Position numbers and translations under genes: made by a program. A DNA stretch of 64,000 nt from an uncultured delta proteobacterium (lineage in GTDB: Bacteria > Myxococcota > Kuafuiibacteriia > Kuafuiibacteriales > Kuafuiibacteriaceae). The notes under the pieces were generated by a model. It did not search any database, was not told the origin of the DNA, and worked only from the letters and a program-made list of their open reading frames with translations. Below, one piece after another: positions 18,882 through 27,442 of the stretch (the stretch's first letter is position 1; each line of letters begins with the position of its first letter). The stretch is taken from contig CAWDML010000001.1 in assembly GCA_963803435.1 (NCBI GenBank), positions 2,944,001 to 3,008,000 on the forward strand, given 5' to 3'.

Positions 18882-20305
18882 AGACACTGCCCCGTGTTCG
18901 CGTCGCAGAGCATTCCGGCCTGACAGGGATAGACGCCGGAGTCACAGCGATAGAAGCACAGCCCCGGATTGCCGACGTCGAGGCGGCATGTGAACCCCGG
19001 GTTGGCAGCGCATTCCAAGCTGCTGGTGCACAACGGAAGACACCAGGCGTCGGTGGTGACGGTCGAGAACGCGCAGGTCGCCCCGGTCGGGCAGGCGTGG
19101 AGCTGGGTGCAGTCGGCGCTGCAGATGCCGAGCTGGGCGAGGCAGTTTGCCGAGCTGCACTCCATATCGACCGTGCACGGCGCGGTCAGGTTGCCGAGCG
19201 GCTGCGGAGGCTCGAGGCAGGCGCCGAGCTGGCCGCCCGGAGGCACGTTGCAGACAGTGCCCTGCACCTTGGTGTCGCAGAAGCCTTGGGCCTCGGGCAC
19301 GCGGCAAAGCGAGGTGCAGACGCCAGGATTGGAGCCGAACTGGTGGCAGACGAAGTTCTCGTACATGTCGCAGTCGTTCTGGGTGTTGCACGGCGCCGCG
19401 TAGTTGGCCGCGGTGGAGAGGTTCTGGTCGAGGCACACGCCGTCGCCCGTGGACCGGAGCCAGCAGGCCTCACCGATCGGACATTGACCGAGCGCGAACG
19501 GATCGCAGGCCGGCCTGCACTCGCAGCCCGCGCCCCCGGCGCAGTCCAGGCCGGTGGGGTCGACGCAGAGCTCGCCCCCCACGCATCCGCTCTGGCACCC
19601 GCTCGGCTGCCCTGCGTCCGCGCCGCCGTCCGTGCCGGTGTCGGGCGAGGCGGCGTCAGGATCGCCATCCGGCCCGCTGTCGGCGCCGCTGTCCGGTCCG
19701 CTGTCCGGTCCGCTGTCCGTTCCGCCGTCCGTTCCGCCGTCGACGCCGCTGTCGAGCGGGTTCATACCGCCGTCGCCGCCTGCGTCGGCCTCCACGCCGC
19801 TGTCCGGCGCGGGGCCGCCGTCGGGATGGACACCGGCGTCGTGGAGAAGCTCGTCGCCCGGCTCGATCGCGGGCAAGGTGGCCACGTCGACGAAGGCGCT
19901 GGCACAGCCGAGCTCGGTGCAAGTGCGACCTTCGCCGCAGTCTGTGCTGCTGCACTGGCGCGCCAGGAAGATCGGGAGCAGGCGGGTCTCGCCTTCGACG
20001 AACCCGACGATCGCGGCGCGATCCACCAGGAGCTCGTCGTTCGGCGTGAGGCCCTGGATCAGGACCTGGATCTGCTCCCTCGACAGGTCGCCGCCTTCGA
20101 TCCCGAAGGACAGCGGCAGCCCGTACGTCCCCAGATCGAAGACCTCGGAGCCGAGCGATTCACCCGCGTCGTCCGAGACGATCGTCTGGACCGAGGCCAG
20201 CTCCTTCGGCACCTCGAAGTCGGAGTCCACGACCACCACCAGCTGAGTCGGCGACTGGCACGCGGCTGCGACGAAGGCGAGCGATGTGAACAGGATCGAC
20301 CGCAC
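18878..20305 (-). CDS. Lipoprotein with 'TQLVV' N-domain, DxG linker and Cys-rich C-terminal repeats
   Basis: VAAAC lipobox, TQLVVVVDSD, D(S/G/A)G repeats, many C-x5-C-x5-C modules. Confidence 0.85.
   Translation of the reverse strand: MRSILFTSLAFVAAACQSPTQLVVVVDSDFEVPKELASVQTIVSDDAGESLGSEVFDLGTYGLPLSFGIEGGDLSREQIQVLIQGLTPNDELLVDRAAIVGFVEGETRLLPIFLARQCSSTDCGEGRTCTELGCASAFVDVATLPAIEPGDELLHDAGVHPDGGPAPDSGVEADAGGDGGMNPLDSGVDGGTDGGTDSGPDSGPDSGADSGPDGDPDAASPDTGTDGGADAGQPSGCQSGCVGGELCVDPTGLDCAGGAGCECRPACDPFALGQCPIGEACWLRSTGDGVCLDQNLSTAANYAAPCNTQNDCDMYENFVCHQFGSNPGVCTSLCRVPEAQGFCDTKVQGTVCNVPPGGQLGACLEPPQPLGNLTAPCTVDMECSSANCLAQLGICSADCTQLHACPTGATCAFSTVTTDAWCLPLCTSSLECAANPGFTCRLDVGNPGLCFYRCDSGVYPCQAGMLCDANTGQCL
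19670..19753. repeat. 12-bp tandem repeats encoding the DSGP/DGGT linker
   Basis: (ccgctgtccggt)n and (ccgccgtccgtt)n units inside the lipoprotein CDS. Confidence 0.75.
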
Positions 20306-20306
20306 T

Positions 20307-20951
20307 CTATCTCTCCAACCTGATGCTCACGTCCGTCGTCCCGCCGTACGGCTGCTCGCGACTGAGCAACACACCGGCCGTGGTGGCACCGCCGGCGACC
20401 ACCACCGCCCCGACCGCGATCCACAGCCACGGGCTGGTCCAGATGGATCCTCCGTCGGCCTGGGCCGGCGGTGGAGGAGGCGGCGGCGTCACCGCAGGCG
20501 GAGGTGGTGGTGCCGGCGGCGGTGGAGGCGGCGCGGCCTGCGGGCTCGCCGGACAGGTCCAGTCGGCGCGTTCGAAGTCCCTGGCGTGACGGACCTCGAC
20601 GGCGCGCTCGCTCAGGCCCACCTTCTGGAACGCCTTCGCACAGGCGAAGAGGCGCTGCACCTCGCCGTGATGCTCGTGCTCGGACAGCTCGATCTTCGGA
20701 TCGAAGTAGAGCGCTCGAAGGAAGGAGAGCACCGAGGAGAGCCGCTTGCCCTCCACCTGATCGATGATCCCGCGCTGGCGCTGAATGCGAGCGAGGAGCG
20801 GAGGATCGGTCGTGTGCGACTCGGCGTCGTCGAGGAACCGGCGCGCCCCCGGCAGGTCGCCCCGCCCGAAGGCCACGATCCCTCGTGTCAACTCACCCTG
20901 CGGATCCGGATTGGCCGAGATGAGTGCGAGGCAGAGCAGGACCGAGATCAT
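20307..20951 (-). CDS. Exported TPR-like protein with Pro-rich linker and C-terminal TM (SPWLW motif)
   Basis: Signal peptide, TPR-like helices, poly-Pro, SIWTSPWLWIAVGAVVVAGG; ATGA overlap with the kinase. Confidence 0.8.
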   Translation of the reverse strand: MISVLLCLALISANPDPQGELTRGIVAFGRGDLPGARRFLDDAESHTTDPPLLARIQRQRGIIDQVEGKRLSSVLSFLRALYFDPKIELSEHEHHGEVQRLFACAKAFQKVGLSERAVEVRHARDFERADWTCPASPQAAPPPPPPAPPPPPAVTPPPPPPPAQADGGSIWTSPWLWIAVGAVVVAGGATTAGVLLSREQPYGGTTDVSIRLER

Positions 20952-22513
20952 CTCAGGTCCACCACCACGTCGAGGTTGGTAGTCTGCCCGTCCTCGATCT
21001 CGACCTCTTGAACCTTGATCGGGAACCCGACGGCCTCGATCTCGATCCGACGACGGCCCACCCTCGCCTTGATCTCGAGCGGTGCCGTCCGATCCACCAG
21101 CTTGCCATCGACCTTCACCTTCGCCGGCACCTGGCGGCCCGCGGTGGTCCAGGCGGCGAGCTTGATCCGGCCGTACCTGATCGCGGGCGCGGTCGCCGGT
21201 GGCGGAACGACCGGCGGCGCCGACGGCGGCACCGCCACCCGGACGTGCGGTCGCCGCCGCTTCTTCTCCGTCCGTTCGTGCGGGACCGGCTTCTCGGGCT
21301 TGGCGGCGTTCTCCACCACCACCGGAGGCGGAGGCGGCGGTGCCACCTCGACCGGCGGCGGAGGCGGCGGGTCGAGCGGCGTCACCACCAGGGGTCGTTC
21401 GGGCCTGAGCGATAGGTAGGCGATCGCACCGCCCGCCAGGGCCAGACCCGCCGCCAGGATCACGAACGGCCAGCGGGACGGGGCGGCGTGCGTCGTGTAG
21501 AGGCTCCCCTCGGCGGCCAGGGTGTTCATGGGCGACGAGGACTCCGGCAGCGGTGGGTACGTCGGCGGGGGTCGAGGCGTGGGCGCCGGGGGCGGCACCA
21601 AGGTGGTGGGGCGCGCGGCGTCGAACCCCACCGGCACCGGGCTCGACGTCAGCCGCGACCGGAGGTGGCGGAGCTCCTCGATCAGCGCCTCGGTGGTCGG
21701 CCTCCGCTCCGGCTCGAGCACGATGCACGCACGAATGATCGCGCGAAGCTCCTCGTGGTGGGGAAGCTCGGCCGCAAGCTCGATCTTCGGCGGGCTCTGC
21801 GCGAGCTTGGAGCGGAGCACCTGCGTGTTGGTGCCGGTGAAGAGGCGGCGACCGCCCACGAGCTCGTAGAGGATCTCGCCGATCGCATACACGTCGGTCC
21901 GCGCGGAGACCTCGTCTCCGGACACCTGCTCCGGTGCCATGTACGCCGGCGTCCCGAGCACGATCCCCGTCTGGGTCTTGTGGCCGGAGCCCGGACCCGA
22001 CGCCTTCGCGATCCCGAAGTCCAGAACCTTGATCACCGGCACCTGCGAGCAGTCGCCCAGCGTCTGGGTCGTGAAGTGGAGGTTGGCCGGCTTCAGGTCG
22101 CGGTGGATCGCGCCGATCGCGTGGACGACGGCGAGACCGTCGAGCACCTGGAGGATCGCGTTGATCGACTGAGGGACGGTGAGCGGGCCGTTCACCTTGA
22201 GATGACGGTCGAGCGAATCGCCCTCGAGGTACTCCATGATGAAGGCGACGCGACGCGGATCTTCGGTGTGCACGAAGTCGATGACGTCGACGATGTTCGG
22301 GTGGCGGACGTCGTTGACGATCCGCGCCTCGTGGAAGAATCGGGAGACCAGCTGCTCGTTGCCGGCCAGCTCGGCGTCGAGGACCTTGACCGCGGCGGCA
22401 CGCCCCAGCAGGCGATGCTTGCCCAGGTAGACGGTCCCCATGCCGCCCCGCCCGAGCACGCGCTCGAGCACGTACCCTCCGATGACTTCGGAGAGCTCGA
22501 CCGGCTTCACCAC
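20948..22513 (-). CDS. Membrane Ser/Thr protein kinase with C-terminal PEGA-like domain
   Basis: LGRGGMG, AVK, HRDLKPAN, DFG, GTPAYMAPE, TM helix, VKVDGKLVDRTAPLEI. Confidence 0.93.
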   Translation of the reverse strand: MVKPVELSEVIGGYVLERVLGRGGMGTVYLGKHRLLGRAAAVKVLDAELAGNEQLVSRFFHEARIVNDVRHPNIVDVIDFVHTEDPRRVAFIMEYLEGDSLDRHLKVNGPLTVPQSINAILQVLDGLAVVHAIGAIHRDLKPANLHFTTQTLGDCSQVPVIKVLDFGIAKASGPGSGHKTQTGIVLGTPAYMAPEQVSGDEVSARTDVYAIGEILYELVGGRRLFTGTNTQVLRSKLAQSPPKIELAAELPHHEELRAIIRACIVLEPERRPTTEALIEELRHLRSRLTSSPVPVGFDAARPTTLVPPPAPTPRPPPTYPPLPESSSPMNTLAAEGSLYTTHAAPSRWPFVILAAGLALAGGAIAYLSLRPERPLVVTPLDPPPPPPVEVAPPPPPPVVVENAAKPEKPVPHERTEKKRRRPHVRVAVPPSAPPVVPPPATAPAIRYGRIKLAAWTTAGRQVPAKVKVDGKLVDRTAPLEIKARVGRRRIEIEAVGFPIKVQEVEIEDGQTTNLDVVVDLR

Positions 22514-22537
22514 GGCACTCTTTTGGGTATCACACTC

Positions 22538-23209
22538 TCACTGCGGCGGGCAGAGGATGTCCTTCGGGATGACATCCAACACGGTGATCGTGAGCGGATA
22601 CTCCGGTTCACAGAATCCCGAGACGTTGCAGCGAAGCTCCTCGGGGCAGGCGCCGCAGGCCCAGGGCGCTTCGGGCGGGGGCGGGCCGTATCCCACCGGC
22701 CCGGTCTCGGGACAGTCGAGCGGCGGCCGCACCACCGAGAAGCCCTTCGCGAGGGCCGCATGGCTGGGGCTCTCCTCCATCGGGACCGCATCGCGCGCGA
22801 ACACGAGTGCATTCTGCACCGCCCCGCCCACCATCCGATCGGCGGCGCTGAAGAAGCCATCGTGATCCTCGTCGACGTAGATCAAGAGCATGGCCACTGC
22901 GTACCGGCCGTCGGAGACCACGTAGTGCTCATCCGAGGGCGGCTCGAACACGCGGACCTCGAACGTCGCCGGGAACCGGACCTCCGCGGTGACCGAGGTC
23001 TGCTCGATCAGCTGCAGCGGGCTCGACGGGTTCAGGTTGGGCACCCAGAACAACGAAGCGCGCACCTCGTCGCCGAGGCTGAGGCCGTGGAGCTGTTCGG
23101 GCGCGTTGATCGTGCCCTCGACGTACCAGATCGGTTCTCCGCGATAGGAGGTGTCCACGATCGGATCGCCGCAGGCGAACAACAGCAGGAGCAGCGGAAG
23201 GCTCCGCAT
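22538..23209 (-). CDS. Hypothetical lipoprotein
   Basis: MRSLPLLLLLFAC lipobox; YVDEDHDGFF Ca-binding-like loop; coupled to the caspase gene. Confidence 0.8.
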   Translation of the reverse strand: MRSLPLLLLLFACGDPIVDTSYRGEPIWYVEGTINAPEQLHGLSLGDEVRASLFWVPNLNPSSPLQLIEQTSVTAEVRFPATFEVRVFEPPSDEHYVVSDGRYAVAMLLIYVDEDHDGFFSAADRMVGGAVQNALVFARDAVPMEESPSHAALAKGFSVVRPPLDCPETGPVGYGPPPPEAPWACGACPEELRCNVSGFCEPEYPLTITVLDVIPKDILCPPQ

Positions 23210-24786
23210 CACAGCCTCCATCCGGCGCCCAGGCCGGCCCACCAGGTGAGCGGGGTCGCGATCTCGTCTCCGGTCAGCGCGCCGCCGCGCGTGATGCCGC
23301 GCCGGTAGACCTGCGACATCGGCCCGCCCTCGATCCGGAGGATCAGCTCCGGGATCAGCTCGGCCTCGACCGCGAACAGCCCGCCAAAGCCGAACGCGAA
23401 CGACGAGCGATCCGGCGCGTCCTCACCGCCGGCGAACACCTGGCGGTGATAGATCCCCTCCGCCACCAGCCCGAGCGACAGGCTGAAGATCCATAGATCG
23501 ATGTATCGCTCTGCGGTCAGCCGCAGCGCCACCTCGTGATCGCTCGAGGCGAGCCTGCTGCCCGTCGCCACGGCGCGGCTCATCGACCAGCGGGCGCCGA
23601 GCCCCAGCGAGAACCACTCGAGGTCGAGGCCGTAGCCGAGGAGCACGTTCGGGGTGACGCCGTGGCCCTCGATCATCGGGCCCCGCGCAGCACCGCTGAC
23701 CATGATCCGATGGATCGCGGTGCGCGTGCCGCCGCCCTTTCGGAGCAGTCGCGAGTACGCGAGATCCTCGTACGCCGCCGTCTCGAGCTGCACCCGCCCG
23801 TTCTCGACCAGCTCGAGCTGGTACTCCCGATAGCTGCTGGCGGCGCGCTTCTGCACCACGTACCGGCCGGGCGAGAGGAGCAGCTCGGTACCGCGCTCCT
23901 CCACCTGCAGCTCGGCGATCATGTTGCCTCCCGCGTGCCCCTCCATGATCAGGTATGCCCCGGGCACGTCGATCCGCAGCCGGCCCGAGCGCGTGTGGTG
24001 ATCGTCGAGGTAGGTGAGGACGAAGTCGCCCTTGCCCTTGATGTCGTACAGGTACGTGGGGTGCTGCAGGCGCAGCGTTCGGCCGGTCGAGCGGATCGTC
24101 TCCTTGTACGCGTAGCTGTACGCCTCGTTGAGCGTGACGTGAGTGTCGTGATCGCGGTCGGCAGCGCCGCGCAGCGCGTTGACGAAGTGGTGCGTGAAGA
24201 ATGAGGCGCCCAGCGACTCCGACTCCTGGCTGTCCTCGGAGCCGGCGCTCGAGGTGATGATGGCGGTGCCCTCGGCGTCGAGGCGATCGTCGAGGCGGAT
24301 CGCGAAGGGCGCCGCGGGGCGGGCTCCCTTGATCCGCGTGATGCCGCCCGACCGGCACGAGTCGACGATCAGCACGCGCACGCGCGCCGCCGAGCTCTCG
24401 ACGATCGCCTTGAGCTCGTCGAACGGCAGCGTGGTCGTACCCAGGTGGAGACCGACGGCGTCGGCGTGGCCTGAGTAGTAGATCACGAGCGCGTGGTCCG
24501 GCGCGCCGTCACCTTGAGCAGCACGGATGCGGGCGTTCATCCGCAGCAGGACGCCGCGGAGCGAGGGCGCGTCCTCGCCCGTGAGGAGGACCGTGTTCTC
24601 GCCGGTGACCCGCCCCAGCCGGCGAAGGACATCCGCGAACTCGGTCGCGTCCTCTTCGGCGTAGCTGAGCCGAGGCTCGTCCGCGTGTCCGAAGTTGTTG
24701 CCGATGGAGACGACGAAGGTGGCGCCCAGGGCCGTCTTGGTCGATGCGAGCAAGAGGAGGGCGGCGGTCGGGAGCGCTCCCCTCAT
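23209..24786 (-). CDS. Exported caspase-family (peptidase C14) protein with C-terminal beta-barrel-like domain
   Basis: SIGNN, YAEEDA, YYSGHA (His), IVDSCRSG (Cys), ESESLGASFFTHH; amphipathic strands ending GWRL; ATGA overlap. Confidence 0.88.
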   Translation of the reverse strand: MRGALPTAALLLLASTKTALGATFVVSIGNNFGHADEPRLSYAEEDATEFADVLRRLGRVTGENTVLLTGEDAPSLRGVLLRMNARIRAAQGDGAPDHALVIYYSGHADAVGLHLGTTTLPFDELKAIVESSAARVRVLIVDSCRSGGITRIKGARPAAPFAIRLDDRLDAEGTAIITSSAGSEDSQESESLGASFFTHHFVNALRGAADRDHDTHVTLNEAYSYAYKETIRSTGRTLRLQHPTYLYDIKGKGDFVLTYLDDHHTRSGRLRIDVPGAYLIMEGHAGGNMIAELQVEERGTELLLSPGRYVVQKRAASSYREYQLELVENGRVQLETAAYEDLAYSRLLRKGGGTRTAIHRIMVSGAARGPMIEGHGVTPNVLLGYGLDLEWFSLGLGARWSMSRAVATGSRLASSDHEVALRLTAERYIDLWIFSLSLGLVAEGIYHRQVFAGGEDAPDRSSFAFGFGGLFAVEAELIPELILRIEGGPMSQVYRRGITRGGALTGDEIATPLTWWAGLGAGWRL

Positions 24787-25562
24787 TCGATGTCCTTGTC
24801 GAGGACGAAGGGCGTGCTCATGCAGCCGAGCGGCGACACGATCCGACCGTCCTCGATCGTCACCTGATCGAGCGAGAACGGCGCCGGACACAGGATCGCG
24901 TGGAGCTGCTCGCGCCCGCGGGAGCCGTCGAGCTCGACGGCACCCGGAAGGATCCGCTTCGTGGTCTCGATCTGGCCCACCGATCGCTGCCCGTCGCGCG
25001 CGTAGCAGGGGAAGGTATCGCCGCCGGCCTCGACTCCGACGATCATCAGCTGCCCCGGCTGCGGCAGATCCACCTCGAACCGCAGGCGATCGCCCGGCTC
25101 GAAGCGCTCGCCGGACAGCATCCGCTCCACGTCGCCGCGGCGCTCGCGGTACACGACCAGCCCGAGACCGCCCTTCGGGTGCACGACCTCGGCCGGCCGC
25201 GAAGGGTACGCGGTGAAGAAGGCGCCGGCGGCAGCGGTCGCGATCATCGCGACCGGAGCGAGCAGCGCGCGGAGTCGGCCCGCCGGCGGTTTCACTCGAT
25301 CGAGCCATCGAGCCCACCACGAGCGGCGCCCGCGCTCGATCAGGCCCCGCTGGATCTCCGCCAGCATCAGGCGGCGGAGCTCGGGCCGGAGCGGCCGTGC
25401 GTGGATCGCCATCCGGCGGGCGCAGGCGGGACAGACGTCCACGTGCGCCGTGACCGGATGTGCGCGGTCGAGCTCCTCGAGGGACAGGCGGTCGAGCTCG
25501 AGATCCGAGGGACACTCGGGCGCGAGGTCTCGCGCCAAGCCCAGCTTGCGCAACGTGCTCAT
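24783..25562 (-). CDS. Putative anti-sigma factor: HxxxCxxC zinc finger, TM helix, DUF4384-like periplasmic domain
   Basis: AHVDVCPAC, TM helix, KGG...PGDRLRF; ATGA overlap with the ECF sigma gene. Confidence 0.78.
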   Translation of the reverse strand: MSTLRKLGLARDLAPECPSDLELDRLSLEELDRAHPVTAHVDVCPACARRMAIHARPLRPELRRLMLAEIQRGLIERGRRSWWARWLDRVKPPAGRLRALLAPVAMIATAAAGAFFTAYPSRPAEVVHPKGGLGLVVYRERRGDVERMLSGERFEPGDRLRFEVDLPQPGQLMIVGVEAGGDTFPCYARDGQRSVGQIETTKRILPGAVELDGSRGREQLHAILCPAPFSLDQVTIEDGRIVSPLGCMSTPFVLDKDIE

Positions 25563-26098
25563 GACCGGCTCCAGAAGAAAGTCGGCGTAGGGGTCAGCAC
25601 CGGCTCGAACTCGTCCGCGCCCGGTCGGGCGAGACGCTCCCTGGCGAACCGCTCGAAGCGCGCCAGCAGGTTGCCGATGGTGCGGCGGGAGACGCCGAGC
25701 AACTGGGCCGCCTCGGCGTGGCTCATGCCGTCCACGTGGACGTAGATCGCCGCCAGCGCCCACGGCTCCTCGGCCTCGGCGAGCAGCGTCCGCGCGAGAA
25801 TGTAGCGATCGTTCGTCGGCATGGCCGCGTGCTCGCGATCGCCGAAGTGCTCCTGGTTCAGCTCGCGTCGCCGCTTGGCGTCGCGAATCCAGTTGAGACA
25901 GACGTTGGTCGTGATCCGGTAGAGCCACGTGGTGACGTGGCTCCGGTGCTCGAAGCGGTCGGCGTTGAGGAAGGCCCGGATGAACACCTCCTGCGTGACG
26001 TCCTTCGCCTCGTCCTCGTTGCCGAGGATCCCTTTGGCCCGCCGAAAGACCATGGGGCCATACCGTTCGAAGATCGCCTCGAGCTCAGCCTTCGTCAT
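25559..26098 (-). CDS. ECF RNA polymerase sigma factor
   Basis: Region 2 EAKDVTQEVF...TWLYRITTN; region 4 GMSHAEAAQLLGVSRRTI. Confidence 0.92.
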   Translation of the reverse strand: MTKAELEAIFERYGPMVFRRAKGILGNEDEAKDVTQEVFIRAFLNADRFEHRSHVTTWLYRITTNVCLNWIRDAKRRRELNQEHFGDREHAAMPTNDRYILARTLLAEAEEPWALAAIYVHVDGMSHAEAAQLLGVSRRTIGNLLARFERFARERLARPGADEFEPVLTPTPTFFWSRS

Positions 26099-26266
26099 GG
26101 TTCATCCGATCTACCGGCGGCAGCCCGAGCCGGGTCATATCTCTCTCATTTCGGCCATTTGCGTCCGCGCGTACGCCTCCGGTGTTGGACACGCCGTGAC
26201 CGGCCGACGGGCAAGGTGTCACGCTCGACTCGCTTCGCGCCTAGAGGGGGTCGAAAGGAGGACAAC

Positions 26267-26374
26267 ATGAAGAGGATCATGACCTGGTCGTTGCTGGCCC
26301 TCGTGCTCGGCGTACCGGCGGTCGCGCTGGCCGCGAACGCCGCCGGCTTCTCGTGCTGCCCGTTCTGCCACTGA
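26267..26374 (+). CDS. 35-aa secreted peptide ending in CCPFCH
   Basis: Strong SD AAGGAGG; MKRIMTWSLLALVLGVPAVALA signal peptide; directly upstream of an ECF sigma gene. Confidence 0.7.
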   Translation: MKRIMTWSLLALVLGVPAVALAANAAGFSCCPFCH

Positions 26375-26377
26375 GGC

Positions 26378-26908
26378 GTGGAGCGCGTCGCGCGAGCCGA
26401 GCTCCATCGAGCGATGGAGCGACTCCGAGACGGAGACCGGAGCGCATTCGAGCCGGTCTACGCGGCGGTCCGTCCGCTGGTGGAGGCGTTCGCGGCTCGG
26501 ATGCTCGGACCGAGCGACGCCGGCGACGTGGCGCAAGACACCTTGCTCGGGGTCTTCTCGCGCGCGAGTGAGTTCGATCCCTCGCGCGACGCGCTCACCT
26601 GGATACTCGGGATCGCCGCCTGGAATTGCCGGACGGCGAGGAGGAAGATCGCGCGCCGTCGCGAGGACCACTCGACGGTCGAGCGAAGAGACGACACCAC
26701 GCCTGAGGACCTGGCGATCCGAAACGAGCTGACGGCTGCGATCGGCGAGCTGCTGGGAGAGCTGGGCGCTGCCGACGCAGAGGCGATCCTCGCCGCGATC
26801 GAGGCGCGCGATCGGCCTCCGATCGAGCCCGCCGCCTTTCGCAAGCGGCTGCAACGCGCACTGACCCGACTGCGGAGCGCGTGGGGAGCGAGACATGGCA
26901 CAGACTGA
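26378..26908 (+). CDS. ECF RNA polymerase sigma factor
   Basis: DGDRSAFEPVY, DVAQDTLL, FDPSRDALTWILGIA, FRKRLQRALTRLR. Confidence 0.85.
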   Translation: MERVARAELHRAMERLRDGDRSAFEPVYAAVRPLVEAFAARMLGPSDAGDVAQDTLLGVFSRASEFDPSRDALTWILGIAAWNCRTARRKIARRREDHSTVERRDDTTPEDLAIRNELTAAIGELLGELGAADAEAILAAIEARDRPPIEPAAFRKRLQRALTRLRSAWGARHGTD

Positions 26909-27428
26909 CGACCTCTCGAAGGCGAGAGCCAGGCGAGCCTACGAGCTCGGTCGCCTCCGCCGCGCGCTGCGCTTCTCGATCTATCCGCTACCGCTGGTCG
27001 CGCTCTCGGGACACGCGTGCGGGACTCCGCTGACGTCTGGGCTGGCGGGCGCGCTCCTGGTGATCTCCGTGGTGTTCCTGGCCTGGCGCGGTGGCGCGTA
27101 TGAGTCCGCGATTGTCCCCGGGCTCGCCGCCGGCCTGGGGGCCTTCGCGGTCCCGTTCGCTGGCCATTTTCTCGGCTGCGACGGCGTGACCCGGTTCACC
27201 TCGGCGAGCCTGTGCTTCCTCGGCGGTGTGCTCACCGGCGCGTTCCTCGGCGCGCGCTGTCTGAGACAGCCGCTCCATCGCGGCCGCTTCCTGGCGGCAG
27301 GATGCGCGATCGCCATGCTGGTGGGTGCGCTCGGGTGTGTACTGGCGGGCCTCGGCGGAGTTCTGGGGATGATGCTCGGCGTGACCAGCGTCTCGATCCC
27401 TGCGGTGTTGCTGGTGCGCAGAGCCTGA
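26895..27428 (+). CDS. Multi-TM Cys-containing membrane protein, putative anti-sigma factor
   Basis: Overlaps the sigma stop; about 5-6 hydrophobic helices with several Cys. Confidence 0.7.
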   Translation: MAQTDDLSKARARRAYELGRLRRALRFSIYPLPLVALSGHACGTPLTSGLAGALLVISVVFLAWRGGAYESAIVPGLAAGLGAFAVPFAGHFLGCDGVTRFTSASLCFLGGVLTGAFLGARCLRQPLHRGRFLAAGCAIAMLVGALGCVLAGLGGVLGMMLGVTSVSIPAVLLVRRA

Positions 27429-27442
27429 CCCACACTCTTCGA

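Noticed and set aside
20460-21400. GGC/GGT-rich repetitive DNA
   Set aside because: Simply encodes poly-Pro linkers of the TPR protein and the kinase
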